From Actinomycetales bacterium (lineage in GTDB: Bacteria; Actinomycetota; Actinomycetes; Actinomycetales; Dermatophilaceae): DNA of 64,000 bases. Both the position numbers and the translations under genes were made by a program. Under the pieces are notes generated by a model. That model had not been told where the DNA came from, ran no database searches, and saw only the letters and a list, made by a program, of their open reading frames with translations. The stretch is taken from contig JBBSQA010000005.1 of the NCBI GenBank assembly GCA_038258285.1, forward strand, positions 36,929-100,928. The letters are read 5' to 3'. Positions 47,825 to 57,279 of the stretch are shown here, one piece after another. Each line of letters starts with the position of its first letter. Position 1 is the first letter of the stretch.

Positions 47825-48238
47825 GTGTCCGATACCAACGACACCATGTCAGCCCGTGATGTCGGGTCGCCGTGGATCAGCCACGGAAACCGCGGCATCG
47901 CCGCCCTCCTGAGTTTCTTCGTCTCGATCCTGGTGGCGGCCTTCGCCCGTCAGGCTGTGGCCTGGGCCGCCGCCCAAGGCGAGCTCATCGAGGGCACGCA
48001 GTTCGCCGAGTTCGACGACGTCCCGCTGTGGCTGCTGGTGTCGAGCGCGGCGTTCTTCATCGTCCCCTTCGTCTTCTTCTACCTGTACTTCCGGCGGGTG
48101 GGCCAGGGGCTCGAGAAGGAGCGGATGGCCCTGCAGATGGGTCAGCCGAACCGGGTCAACGCGGCCATCTTCGCCTACCTGCTGCCCTACCTCGTCGTGT
48201 TGCCCCTGATGTTGATCTTCATGGTTCTTGTGCTGTGA
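47825..48238 (+). CDS. 3-TM hypothetical membrane protein
   Basis: Strong GC3 codon bias, three hydrophobic segments, 17 bp downstream of the symporter. Confidence 0.65.
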   Translation: MSDTNDTMSARDVGSPWISHGNRGIAALLSFFVSILVAAFARQAVAWAAAQGELIEGTQFAEFDDVPLWLLVSSAAFFIVPFVFFYLYFRRVGQGLEKERMALQMGQPNRVNAAIFAYLLPYLVVLPLMLIFMVLVL

Positions 48239-48282
48239 AGGTCCCCTCCGAGACGCCAGCGCAACTTCCGGCCCCCAGCCTG

Positions 48283-49044
48283 CTAGCCGAAGATCTGCCT
48301 GAGTCCCAGGCGTAGCGCCGAGACGTCGGTGTCCACGGCCACCAGATCAGCCTCGGCAGCCACCGCGAGAAGCTCCGGTTGACCTGCCATGAAACCGACG
48401 ATCTTGTCCGCAGTCCGGGCCAGACTGATGACCTCCCGCAGAGCGTCGATGGTCTGCGGTGAGCTCGCACTGGGGTAGCCGGCCGAGATCGAGAAGTCGT
48501 AGGGGCCGAAGAAGACCCCGTCGACCCCAGGAACGGCCAGGATCTCGGCGGCGTGCGTTAACCCCACGGCGGTCTCCACCATGGGCAGGACCAGTTGCTC
48601 CGCGGGGGCGCGGCTGACTCCCAGTGTCGACCGACAGCCACCGGTGCTTCGCGAGCCCAGCGGCGGAGTCCGACAGGCGGCGACCACCGCAAGAGCCTGC
48701 TCCGCTGACTCCACCATAGGAACGATGACGCCGCTGACCCCACAGTCGAGAGCGCGCCCGATCGTGGCGGGGTCGTGGGACGGCGTACGTGCCAGCAGCG
48801 GAAGCATGGCGGACTCGGCGACGCGCAGCAGACCGGACAGTGCGCCCGTCTCAAGGTTGCCGTGTTGGAGATCGACGCCGACCCAGTCGGGCCCACAGCC
48901 TCGGACGACCTCGAGACCGTACGGGTCCAGGTAGCTGACCCACAGGCCGGCTCGGAGCCCACCGCCCTGCCCTGACGCCGAGGCCCGCACCCTCGCTCGA
49001 AGTTCCATAGCGACGTTCTGTGCTGGTTCGACCATGCTTCTCAT
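48283..49044 (-). CDS. HpcH/HpaI aldolase-family protein
   Basis: VDLQHG, RALDCG..GVIVPMV, PMVET, FFGPYD. Confidence 0.88.
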   Translation of the reverse strand: MRSMVEPAQNVAMELRARVRASASGQGGGLRAGLWVSYLDPYGLEVVRGCGPDWVGVDLQHGNLETGALSGLLRVAESAMLPLLARTPSHDPATIGRALDCGVSGVIVPMVESAEQALAVVAACRTPPLGSRSTGGCRSTLGVSRAPAEQLVLPMVETAVGLTHAAEILAVPGVDGVFFGPYDFSISAGYPSASSPQTIDALREVISLARTADKIVGFMAGQPELLAVAAEADLVAVDTDVSALRLGLRQIFG

Positions 49045-49186
49045 GTCCTCACGTGCTCGCTACCCGACTGGCATGGGCAGCATAGGACCCACAGAGGCCC
49101 GCAGGCGTGGCAGCCGGTGCAGACCTCATCCTTCGCGGCGGATGTTCCGGGTGTGCGCATCACGCTGCGCGATGCGACTGGTCCGC

Positions 49187-49692
49187 ATGACAACAAGGCC
49201 ATCGACTCACACCGCCGGTGTGTCAGACAGCCGGCACCCACGCCGCCCTGACGTTCCGACCGTCGAGATCATCGGCGGTCCCGAGAAGCTCGTCGTCGGT
49301 CTGCACGACTATGACGAGCGCTGGGAACGCTCGTACCTGGAGCACCATCAGCGAATACTCGACGCGTTGACGTCGGGGTCCGTCGGGATCGAACACATCG
49401 GCTCTCCCTCCGTCCCCGGACTGGCCGCCAAGCCCATCATCGACATCGTGGTGACGGTGGACCGGCTCGTGACGTGCACGTCCACATCTTCGAACGGGAT
49501 GACCCCGCCGTGCCTGAGTACCTCCTCCTTCGCGATCATCTGCGTTCCGATGCCGATGATCGCGCCCTCTACGAGAGCACCAGGAGAAGTCTGATCAACC
49601 GAGGATGGGACGACATGAACGCTTATGCCGAAGCCAAGACCGAGGTCATCGGCGAGATCAAGGAGCGAGCACGGGCCACTCGTTCCCGCTGA
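49187..49692 (+). pseudogene. GrpB-family (UPF0157) protein, internally deleted and frameshifted
   Basis: IEHIGS.SVPGLAAKPIIDI in one frame; VHVHI, LLRDHLR, YAEAK in another; junction near 49460-49475. Confidence 0.85.
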
Positions 49693-49726
49693 ACGGCCCC
49701 CTCCTACGACGCCTCGGTTGGGTGGG

Positions 49727-50932
49727 TCAGGCGGTCGCTCGCAGGTAGCGCCCGAAGTGCGGCACGGTGAAAGCGATCTGGCCCCGCTCCGCGGAGTAGA
49801 TCAGCCCCTTCTTCAGGAGTGCATCCCGAGCCGGTGAGAGGGACTGCGGCTTGCGGTCGAGGTAGGAGGCAACATCCGCGGTCGTGACCGACTCCACGTC
49901 GTTGGTGGGCCGACCCTCGGAGGGCGTCTCGCCGAGATCGGCCATGGCCCGCAGATACTCCCGCTCCCCCGGGGTCGCGCGCTCGAACCGCGACCCGAAG
50001 AAGCCCACCGCCAGCTCGACCTCAGCCTCGGGAGCACCGACCTGAACGTCCTCGGACGTGATCGGTGACTGCGGCGCCAGGTCCCAGACCGCCTTGCCAT
50101 AGGCCTGGATGAAGTAGGGGTATCCGCCAGTCGCGGCATACATAGCCTCCAGCGCCTCCTCCGTGAAGTCAGCACCCTCATCCTGGGCCGGCGATCGCAG
50201 GGCGCGCTCCGCCTGTGCTCGATCCAGCCGGTCGATCCGGGAGTAGCGGAAGAGCCGCTCGGAGTAGGACTTGCTCGCGGACAATACGGAGGGCACATGC
50301 GGCAGACCTGCGCCCACCACGATCAGAGGCAGCGAGGACTGGCTGAGCTCGTGGCACGCCGCACACAACGCCGAGACGTCCTCGGGCCCTAGGTCCTGCA
50401 TCTCGTCGATGAAGACCGCCACCCCCTTGCCGACGTCTGCGGCCAACCCTGCAACGTCGGTCAAGAGCTCTACGAGGTCGATCTCGATGTCTCCGGAGTC
50501 GGCCCGACCGGACACCGCCGGAACGTCGATCCCTGGGTTCCATCGGTCGCGGATCTTCGCACCGGGGGCCTCCCGTTGGGCGAAGGCCTTGATCACGCCG
50601 AGCACGTGGTCCAGCTCCTCGCCCCGCGGATGACCCAACTCACGCACAGCCATGTGTAGTGCGGCGGCGACCGGCCGTCGCAGGCGTTGGTCGGGTCGGG
50701 CTTCCAGCTTGCCGGTGCCCCACTTGGCGCGAACCGCGGTGGACCGCAACGAGTTCAGCAGGACCGTCTTGCCGACGCCGCGCAGCCCGGTAAGGACCAT
50801 CGAGCGCTCAGGTCTTCCCCGGGCGATCCGCTCCAGTACGACCGCGAAGTTGTCGAGCTGCTCGTCACGTCCGGCAAGCTCCGGCGGGCGCTGCCCGGCG
50901 CCGGGGGCGTAAGGGTTGGTGATCGGATCCAC
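49727..50932 (-). CDS. AAA+/STAND-like ATPase with probable C-terminal winged helix
   Basis: NPYAPGAG..PPELAGR, GLRGVGKT (Walker A), VFIDEMQ (Walker B), GGYPYFIQ. Confidence 0.88.
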   Translation of the reverse strand: MDPITNPYAPGAGQRPPELAGRDEQLDNFAVVLERIARGRPERSMVLTGLRGVGKTVLLNSLRSTAVRAKWGTGKLEARPDQRLRRPVAAALHMAVRELGHPRGEELDHVLGVIKAFAQREAPGAKIRDRWNPGIDVPAVSGRADSGDIEIDLVELLTDVAGLAADVGKGVAVFIDEMQDLGPEDVSALCAACHELSQSSLPLIVVGAGLPHVPSVLSASKSYSERLFRYSRIDRLDRAQAERALRSPAQDEGADFTEEALEAMYAATGGYPYFIQAYGKAVWDLAPQSPITSEDVQVGAPEAEVELAVGFFGSRFERATPGEREYLRAMADLGETPSEGRPTNDVESVTTADVASYLDRKPQSLSPARDALLKKGLIYSAERGQIAFTVPHFGRYLRATA

Positions 50933-51015
50933 GATCAGACTGTATGCGGCAATCTAGGCTGGTTCGCAGATATCGCGATATCCACCTAGGTGTGTCGCCA
51001 GGGGAGGATGGGCCG

Positions 51016-51240
51016 ATGAGCCACCCCCTGCAGGACGTCCCTCTCGGCACCCGAGTCGTCGTGCGCTACCTCATCGAAGGCGGGCAGCGCGCGACGGACG
51101 TCCTGGGGCCCCTCATCGATCGAAGCGACACGGATCTTACGGTGGAGGGGAAGACGGGTCCGGTCACGATCCTCCTCGTCGACGTCGTGACCGGAAAGCC
51201 GATCCCGTCGCCTCCGCCTCCACGCAACGTCCGACCGTGA
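51016..51240 (+). CDS. Small protein resembling the N-terminal module of actinobacterial acetyltransferases
   Basis: GTRVVVRY...TDVLG...K.IP.PP; GGAGG upstream. Confidence 0.6.
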   Translation: MSHPLQDVPLGTRVVVRYLIEGGQRATDVLGPLIDRSDTDLTVEGKTGPVTILLVDVVTGKPIPSPPPPRNVRP

Positions 51241-51326
51241 ATACGTCGTCTATCCACCGAGGCACCGAGGTCTGTGTGCTCAGCACCACGAAGCGCGGGT
51301 CTGGCCGGGCCAGGTGAGAACCAGAG

Positions 51327-51665
51327 TCAGATAACTTCGGGGTCCTTGTCGTTCTCCGAGGTCATCGGCTTGCCGGCCTCGGCCCAGGCCTGCATACCCC
51401 CCTCGACGTTGACCGCGTCGTAGCCCTGCTCGCGCAGGAACTCCACGGCCTGGCTCGAACGGCCGCCACTGCGGCAGATCACCGCGATGCGCTCGTCGAT
51501 GGAGACGTTGCCCAGGCTGGTCCCGAGGTCCTTCAACGGGGAAACCTGTGCGCCGGGCGCGTGGCCCGCGCGGAACTCGTTCCGCTCACGCACGTCGAGC
51601 AGTCTCACGTCATCGTCCAGCTCGGAGACAGAAACGGTCGGGATGTCGTTGGTCGAATCACTCAT
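51327..51665 (-). CDS. Single-domain rhodanese
   Basis: LDVRE..EF.AGHAPGA, CRSGGRS, GGMQAW. Confidence 0.92.
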   Translation of the reverse strand: MSDSTNDIPTVSVSELDDDVRLLDVRERNEFRAGHAPGAQVSPLKDLGTSLGNVSIDERIAVICRSGGRSSQAVEFLREQGYDAVNVEGGMQAWAEAGKPMTSENDKDPEVI

Positions 51666-51713
51666 GCGGACCAGCATGGCAGACCAGCGCGGGACCGCAA
51701 CCGCGTCACCGGT

Positions 51714-52574
51714 TTACTTCAGTAACCGAGACATCCCGCGGTCGGCGAGCGGCTTGCCCTTGGTCTGACAGGTCGCGCAGTACTGCAGCGCCGAGTCAGC
51801 GAACCGCACCTCCCTGACCACGTCACCACAGACCGGGCACGTCTCACCGGCCCGACCATGGACCCGCATACCCGATCGTTTGGCGTCTTTGAGCTCGGCG
51901 GCTGGCTTCCCACTCGCCGTAGCGATGGCCCCGGCCAGGGTGCTCTGCATGGCCGCGTACAGCACGTCCACTTGCTCCACCGTGAGCGAGTTCGCCAACG
52001 CGAACGGCGACAGCTTGGCCACGTGCAGGATCTCGTCGGAGTAGGCGTTACCCACCCCGGCCAGCACTTTCTGGTCGCGCAGCAAACCCTTGACCTGCGC
52101 CCGCTGCCCCTCCAGGATGGCCCCGAACTGCTCACGGGTGAACGACTCGTCCAAGGGGTCCGGGCCGAGAGCCGCCACCCCGGGCACCATCGCGGGATCG
52201 GCCACCAGGTATGCCGCCAAACCCTTGCGCGTACCTGCTTCGGTCAGGTCGAAGCCCGACCCGTCGTCGAGGCGAACGCGCAACGCGATGGGTGAACGAC
52301 CCGGGTTGACCCGTTTCGTCGACAACGTCTCGGACCAGCGGAGCCACCCGGCGCGCGCGAGGTGGAAGACGAGGTGCGTGCCGTCGACGTCCAGATCGAT
52401 GAACTTGCCGTGCCGCGAGGCCCCGTCTACCGGTCGACCCAGCAACGCATCCGGTGGCGGGTCGAACGTCTTGAGCACCGCGATGGACCCCAGCTCGACG
52501 TCGGTGACCACGCGACCCACCGCGCGCTCACGCAGGAAGTCCACCAGGGCGTGCACCTCGGGCAGTTCGGGCAT
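51714..52574 (-). CDS. Fpg/Nei-family DNA glycosylase
   Basis: N-terminal MPELPEV, HGKF, H2TH (AGVGNAYSDEIL), C4 zinc finger CPVC...CATCQ. Confidence 0.93.
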   Translation of the reverse strand: MPELPEVHALVDFLRERAVGRVVTDVELGSIAVLKTFDPPPDALLGRPVDGASRHGKFIDLDVDGTHLVFHLARAGWLRWSETLSTKRVNPGRSPIALRVRLDDGSGFDLTEAGTRKGLAAYLVADPAMVPGVAALGPDPLDESFTREQFGAILEGQRAQVKGLLRDQKVLAGVGNAYSDEILHVAKLSPFALANSLTVEQVDVLYAAMQSTLAGAIATASGKPAAELKDAKRSGMRVHGRAGETCPVCGDVVREVRFADSALQYCATCQTKGKPLADRGMSRLLK

Positions 52575-52582
52575 CGGGCCTC

Positions 52583-53692
52583 CTATGACTGCATCGGCAC
52601 CCAGGAGGAACGCTTCAGTCGTCCCATCCGCTGCCGTGCGCTTTGCACCAGGGTATGCAGGGTGAAGCCGTCCGCGGCGCGCAGCATCGGCACCGAGATG
52701 CTCGAACGACTGGGTAGCAGCTCGTCCGTGGCGATCGGTAGGCCGTGGGAAAGCACCTGCTGAGCCGGCGTCAGCTGCCGGATAGCGATGACCTCGACGA
52801 AGTCGGGGTGGGCGCGGGCGAAGTCCCCGTAGAGGGCGGGGTCGTGCTGTCCGTCGTCCCCGACCAAGATCCACCGGCAGTTCGGAAACTCGGTGGCCAG
52901 CCGTTCCAGCTGGCTGCTCTTGTGCAGCTGGCCACTGCGGAACCACCCGGTGTTGGTCGGACCCCAGTCCGTCAACAGCAACGGACCGCTCGGATAGTCA
53001 TGACGCCGCAAGAACCGGGTCAGGGTCGGCGCCGTGTTCCACGCGCCGGTCGAGACGTAGAAGATCGGGGTGCCCGGCGTTTCGGCCAGGAAGGAGCGGT
53101 ACATCGCGGCCATGCCCGGCACGGGCTCCCGACGCTGCTCGGATCGGACGAAGGTGTTCCACGCCGCGATCAACGGCCTCGGAAGGTGGGTGACCATCAC
53201 GGTGTCGTCGATGTCGCTGATGAGGCCGATCTCGGTCGAGGAGTCGACGATGTGACAGCTCACCCGGATGCTGTCGCCGTTGACGGCGCTGAGCACCGCT
53301 TGGTGCCAGCCGGAGCCCAACCCGTGACCGGGCACCATCACGTCGATGTACCCCCCGCGGTCGGTGCGTACGACCACCGAGGCCGCACCGATCTCGATGC
53401 GGATCGCGGTGTTGAGCGCCGGGGCGGTGACGAAGGCTCGCCAGCCACGACGGGCCAGGTCCGCTTCCTCGATCTCTTGCCGGGACTGCACCGAGGCGAC
53501 GTCGTCGGCGGGAGCGTCACTGCCGGGCGGCTCCTGGCTGAGCAGCACCCGAGCCAAAACGCGGACGGTCCCGGAGTTGCCGTACCCGGTGTAGCCGATC
53601 AGGCGCTCCTGCCAGCCGCGGGCCCGCAGCACGGACTCGACGTTGCCGAAGACGGCGTTCTCCAGCAGAGCGGCGATATGCGGACGTGCCAT
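52583..53692 (-). CDS. App1-family (DUF2183) phosphatidate phosphatase-like protein
   Basis: ISDIDDT (DxDxT), FYVSTG, LVGDDGQHDP. Confidence 0.88.
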   Translation of the reverse strand: MARPHIAALLENAVFGNVESVLRARGWQERLIGYTGYGNSGTVRVLARVLLSQEPPGSDAPADDVASVQSRQEIEEADLARRGWRAFVTAPALNTAIRIEIGAASVVVRTDRGGYIDVMVPGHGLGSGWHQAVLSAVNGDSIRVSCHIVDSSTEIGLISDIDDTVMVTHLPRPLIAAWNTFVRSEQRREPVPGMAAMYRSFLAETPGTPIFYVSTGAWNTAPTLTRFLRRHDYPSGPLLLTDWGPTNTGWFRSGQLHKSSQLERLATEFPNCRWILVGDDGQHDPALYGDFARAHPDFVEVIAIRQLTPAQQVLSHGLPIATDELLPSRSSISVPMLRAADGFTLHTLVQSARQRMGRLKRSSWVPMQS

Positions 53693-53748
53693 GCGGCATA
53701 CCTTAGGTGCGCGACATCAACAGAAGGTGAGTGGTGGCCCGAGAGCCG

Positions 53749-55434
53749 TCAGTCGCGAACGGTCGAGGGGTCAACCTTGCCGCCGCGGCCGTCCTTCTCG
53801 CGGACCACATCTTTGGCCTTGTCCTTTTTCGTGGTCGTGCTCTTCGCTGGCCGATCTGCCTTGTCTGCCTTCACGGTCGCGCCTTGGTCCAGGACCACCC
53901 ACGTCGGGCCATCTACCTCACCCGTCACCTCGATGCCTGCCTCAGCCTGGGCGGCCCGCACGGCCTTCTCGGTGCTCGGGCCGAACGCCCCGTCCGCCTC
54001 TGCTCCCAGAAGCTCCTGAGCCTTGATCACGACGGGACCCTTATCGCCGTTGGCCAGGGTCGTCGACCGGAAGGGCAACGTGGGGTTGTCCCGCAGCTCC
54101 ACCTGGTGCCACAGCAACGCCGTCGTCTTCTCGTTGGCGGTTAGCAACGGGTCCTCGGTGGTGAAATCGAGCAAAGCTCGCGCTGTGGCCGGACCGAAGG
54201 AGCCGTCAGCCTCGATCCCCAGCGCCTTCTGCAACTGCTCGACCGCCGGGCCCTCGGACCCCTCCTCCAGAACCACGCGCTTGTAGGGCGTGTAGGCCGT
54301 GGTCATGAAGTCGGCCAACGGCACGGCCAATCCGGCCTCGGGGATCACTGGCAGAGTGCGGTCCATCGCGGCTGCGTAGGTCAGCTGGTCCATCACCCCG
54401 GTCTGCGGGATGCCCTGCTCGTCCTGCCAGACCAGCAGAGCCGCACGCGTCGTCTCGTCGAGCATCCCACTCGCCTTGACCCCCAACAGCGGCTGGACCA
54501 AGCTCACGCCCTCGCCCGAACCACCAGGACGCACGGAGGTGTAGCCCGTCTCCGGGGGGCTGATCAGCCCGGTGGGGCACGGCTCCGTGCGGACGCCGGC
54601 AGGAATCGCCCCGTACTGGCCGGCCACCACCGCACACGGCCCCTGGTCGACCTCCTCCAGCGCCACTCCCGTCCACCACGAGGTGCGCATCATGGCCCCG
54701 TCCCAGGTGAAGGAGAAATGGATGTGGTCGGTGTGCGTCGACTGCCCGACGTACCCCTGCCAGCCGCTGCCGTTCGGGCGCCAGGAGTGAGCGTTCCAGA
54801 TGATCGACTGGATGCCGAAGCGCTTGGCCATCTCGCCGTCGTTCGCCGTCAGCCACGTCGCGACCGCGTCACCGATCCGACGATCGGAGGGACTGCCGGC
54901 ATCCAACGGCCAGTCCAGAGCACGACCGTCGTAGTGGTCGGACTTCTGGTCGATGCACGAGCGGGAGGCGGTGTAGTAGGCACGGTCGTACGTGGTGCCG
55001 ATCAAGGTGCCGAAGGCTTCGAGGCCGGGCTTGTCCACGGGGTCACAGATGACGTTGGGCTGCCATTGCTCGACCGCGTCGAGCTCGACCGGTAGTGCGT
55101 CGTTGCTCGGCGGGTCGGGCACGGGGTATGCCGGGTCGGCCTCGAGGAGCGGCAGCGGTGAGGGACCCGTCGCGCGGCCGCCGTAGCCGCTGCCCTTCCG
55201 GGACGTCGAAGACCCGCTCGACTTCGTGCCTTCGCTCGAGGTGCCATCGCCGGAGGACGTGTCTTCGGCGGCACCTTCAGAGGTGCCGTCCGTCGCGTCG
55301 GCCGGCGCGGTCGCCGACGTCTCTGCAGGGGTGTTGTCATCCGTTTCCTGCGCCACGGCCCCCGTGGCATAACTCATCGACAAAACAACTGCTAATGCTA
55401 GCGAGCGGCGAAAGCCGCGTCCCCCTGCGGACAC
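53749..55434 (-). CDS. Secreted peptidoglycan-binding protein with putative Zn-peptidase (M15/LAS-like) domain
   Basis: Signal peptide, S/T/E linker, HYDGRALD (Hx6D) and HTDHIH, three PG-binding repeats (ADG.FGP.T), basic tail; AAGGAG RBS. Confidence 0.82.
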   Translation of the reverse strand: MSAGGRGFRRSLALAVVLSMSYATGAVAQETDDNTPAETSATAPADATDGTSEGAAEDTSSGDGTSSEGTKSSGSSTSRKGSGYGGRATGPSPLPLLEADPAYPVPDPPSNDALPVELDAVEQWQPNVICDPVDKPGLEAFGTLIGTTYDRAYYTASRSCIDQKSDHYDGRALDWPLDAGSPSDRRIGDAVATWLTANDGEMAKRFGIQSIIWNAHSWRPNGSGWQGYVGQSTHTDHIHFSFTWDGAMMRTSWWTGVALEEVDQGPCAVVAGQYGAIPAGVRTEPCPTGLISPPETGYTSVRPGGSGEGVSLVQPLLGVKASGMLDETTRAALLVWQDEQGIPQTGVMDQLTYAAAMDRTLPVIPEAGLAVPLADFMTTAYTPYKRVVLEEGSEGPAVEQLQKALGIEADGSFGPATARALLDFTTEDPLLTANEKTTALLWHQVELRDNPTLPFRSTTLANGDKGPVVIKAQELLGAEADGAFGPSTEKAVRAAQAEAGIEVTGEVDGPTWVVLDQGATVKADKADRPAKSTTTKKDKAKDVVREKDGRGGKVDPSTVRD

Positions 55435-55590
55435 ACTGATCTCCTTGGAAGTACCAAACGAATAATCGGAACTGTATGCCCCTCTTAGAGATATTGCCTA
55501 GTAGGAGATCAGACCGTTACCTCACCGTCACCAAGTCGTCAGACTCGATGTGACTGGTGTGACTAGTGGGGCGGATGTGACGATCGCGCG

Positions 55591-56250
55591 TTACCCTTGT
55601 GTGTCCGTCAGTTTGGCGACCTGCGCGTCGATCACCGACGCGAGCTGGTCCTCATCCAGCCCGGTCGAGAAGCCCGCGACGATCATCTGGTCCTGCATGG
55701 TTCCACCCATGATCATGTCCACGGTGAGCTCGCCCATGGCCACGGAGAGCTTGGTGCCATCGAGTGAGTCGAGGTCGTCGAACGACATCACCATGGACCC
55801 CTCGGCCTCGTCCACGGTGATCTCGCCGCACTCGTCGTTCACCGACGACAGCGGTGTCAGCGGAGACTCTCCTTCGACGGTGGCCACCACCACGTTGACG
55901 GTCGTGGGCAACGGTGTCGAGGCATCCCCCTGGCTGAAGAGCACGCTCGACTGGGCGGTGAAGTCGTCGTTGCTCAGGTCGGTGGCCTCGAGTGCTTCCA
56001 GACACACCTCGGGCACGTCCTGGTCCTGCAACAGGGCCGCCAGAGAGTCCTCGGAGGGGGCGCTGGTGGCGTCGGCATCCTCGGGTGACGCCTCCTCGAC
56101 CTCGCCCCGGGTGAAGCCGTCCAACGGGAACTCTTCGCTGGTCAGCAGCACCTCGGCGGTCTCCGCCTGGTTGAGCTGCACGCCACCACCACACGCCGCG
56201 AGACCAAGAACGGCCGTGCCCACCCACGCGATCGTCGTCCGTGTACCCAT
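55591..56250 (-). CDS. Acidic lipoprotein, function unknown
   Basis: Lipobox LAAC after a short signal peptide. Confidence 0.75.
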   Translation of the reverse strand: MGTRTTIAWVGTAVLGLAACGGGVQLNQAETAEVLLTSEEFPLDGFTRGEVEEASPEDADATSAPSEDSLAALLQDQDVPEVCLEALEATDLSNDDFTAQSSVLFSQGDASTPLPTTVNVVVATVEGESPLTPLSSVNDECGEITVDEAEGSMVMSFDDLDSLDGTKLSVAMGELTVDMIMGGTMQDQMIVAGFSTGLDEDQLASVIDAQVAKLTDTQG

Positions 56251-56312
56251 AGGCAGAGGCTACCCAGTCGCGGCGATGTCGTGCGCTGCCCAGCGCTCCG
56301 CGCGAATCCAGG

Positions 56313-57029
56313 GTGGACTGTCAGGATGCAGTGGTGAGGGTCGCGATCAGGACGCTAGGTGAGGTGTTCATCTCCGTGGGCGTCCTGCTGCTGCTCTTCC
56401 TGGTGTGGCAGCTGTGGTGGACCGACGTCGAGGCCAATGCCGAGTCCCGTGACATCCTCGAGACCACCCGCGCCGTGTTCGCCGGCGAAGAGGTCCCGGA
56501 CGACCTGACCCGTAGCTCTCCGGACGACTCTGTCGACGCGGTCACCACGGTCCCGGGCGAAGACCCCTCGGGGGCGGCTCTGGCTATCGTCCACCTCCCT
56601 TCCATCGGCGAGACGAGGGCGGTGATGGACGGAGTGGACCTCGGCATCCTGAACCAAGGGGTCCTCGGCAGGTACGAGGAATCCGAGGGTCCCGGCGAGA
56701 TCGGCAACTTCGCCGTCGCCGGTCACCGAACCACGTACGGACGACCCTTATGGAATGTCGCAGAACTGAATTCGGGCGATCCCATCATTGTCGAGACCAA
56801 AGATGACTACTTTGTTTATCGTTTCGAACGCACGCAGATTGTCACGCCCTTTCAAACCGAAGTGATTGCCGACGTTCCTGGGGAGCCTGAGGCCACGCCG
56901 ACGCAGCGGTGGATGGTAATGACGGCATGTCACCCTAAGTTCAGTGCCGCCCAACGCATCGTGGCCTTCGGTTCCTTCGACTACGAGCAGCCGCGCGCCG
57001 AGGGTCTCCCGATCGAGCTGGGCGGATGA
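56313..57029 (+). CDS. Class E sortase
   Basis: N-terminal TM, GNFAVAGHRTTYG, MTACHPKFSAAQR (His/Cys/Arg triad). Confidence 0.92.
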   Translation: MDCQDAVVRVAIRTLGEVFISVGVLLLLFLVWQLWWTDVEANAESRDILETTRAVFAGEEVPDDLTRSSPDDSVDAVTTVPGEDPSGAALAIVHLPSIGETRAVMDGVDLGILNQGVLGRYEESEGPGEIGNFAVAGHRTTYGRPLWNVAELNSGDPIIVETKDDYFVYRFERTQIVTPFQTEVIADVPGEPEATPTQRWMVMTACHPKFSAAQRIVAFGSFDYEQPRAEGLPIELGG

Positions 57030-57036
57030 TGCTCTG

Positions 57037-57192
57037 ATGTACGGCGCACTGTGGCGTTCGCTTCCGGGTCCGATCTGGCTCCGCGCGGTCCTGACCCTGC
57101 TGTTGCTGGCGGCGCTGGTGGTCCTCCTCTTCCTGTGGGTCTTCCCCACAGTGGCACCCCTCATGCCGTTCAACGACAACACGATCGACTAG
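57037..57192 (+). CDS. Small membrane protein typical of actinobacterial class E sortase loci
   Basis: MYGALWRSLPGP.W...VFP; 7 bp downstream of the sortase. Confidence 0.7.
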   Translation: MYGALWRSLPGPIWLRAVLTLLLLAALVVLLFLWVFPTVAPLMPFNDNTID

Positions 57193-57206
57193 CGTCCCGC
57201 GGCGTA

Positions 57207-57218
57207 TGACAGGTGTCA
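57207..57218. promoter_or_regulatory. Putative NarL/DesR-type response-regulator site
   Basis: TGACAGGTGTCA dyad about 60 bp upstream of the ABC/two-component operon; second half-site TGAC near 57230. Confidence 0.55.
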
Positions 57219-57279
57219 CCTCCCACTGGTGACGTTCAGGGATGGATGGAGACAACCCGTGGTCACGATGCTGGGAAGC

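Noticed and set aside
51714-52946. 410-aa ORF as an extended Fpg
   Set aside because: Fpg/Nei needs an N-terminal Pro; the true start is MPELPEV at 52574 and the extension overlaps the App1 gene.
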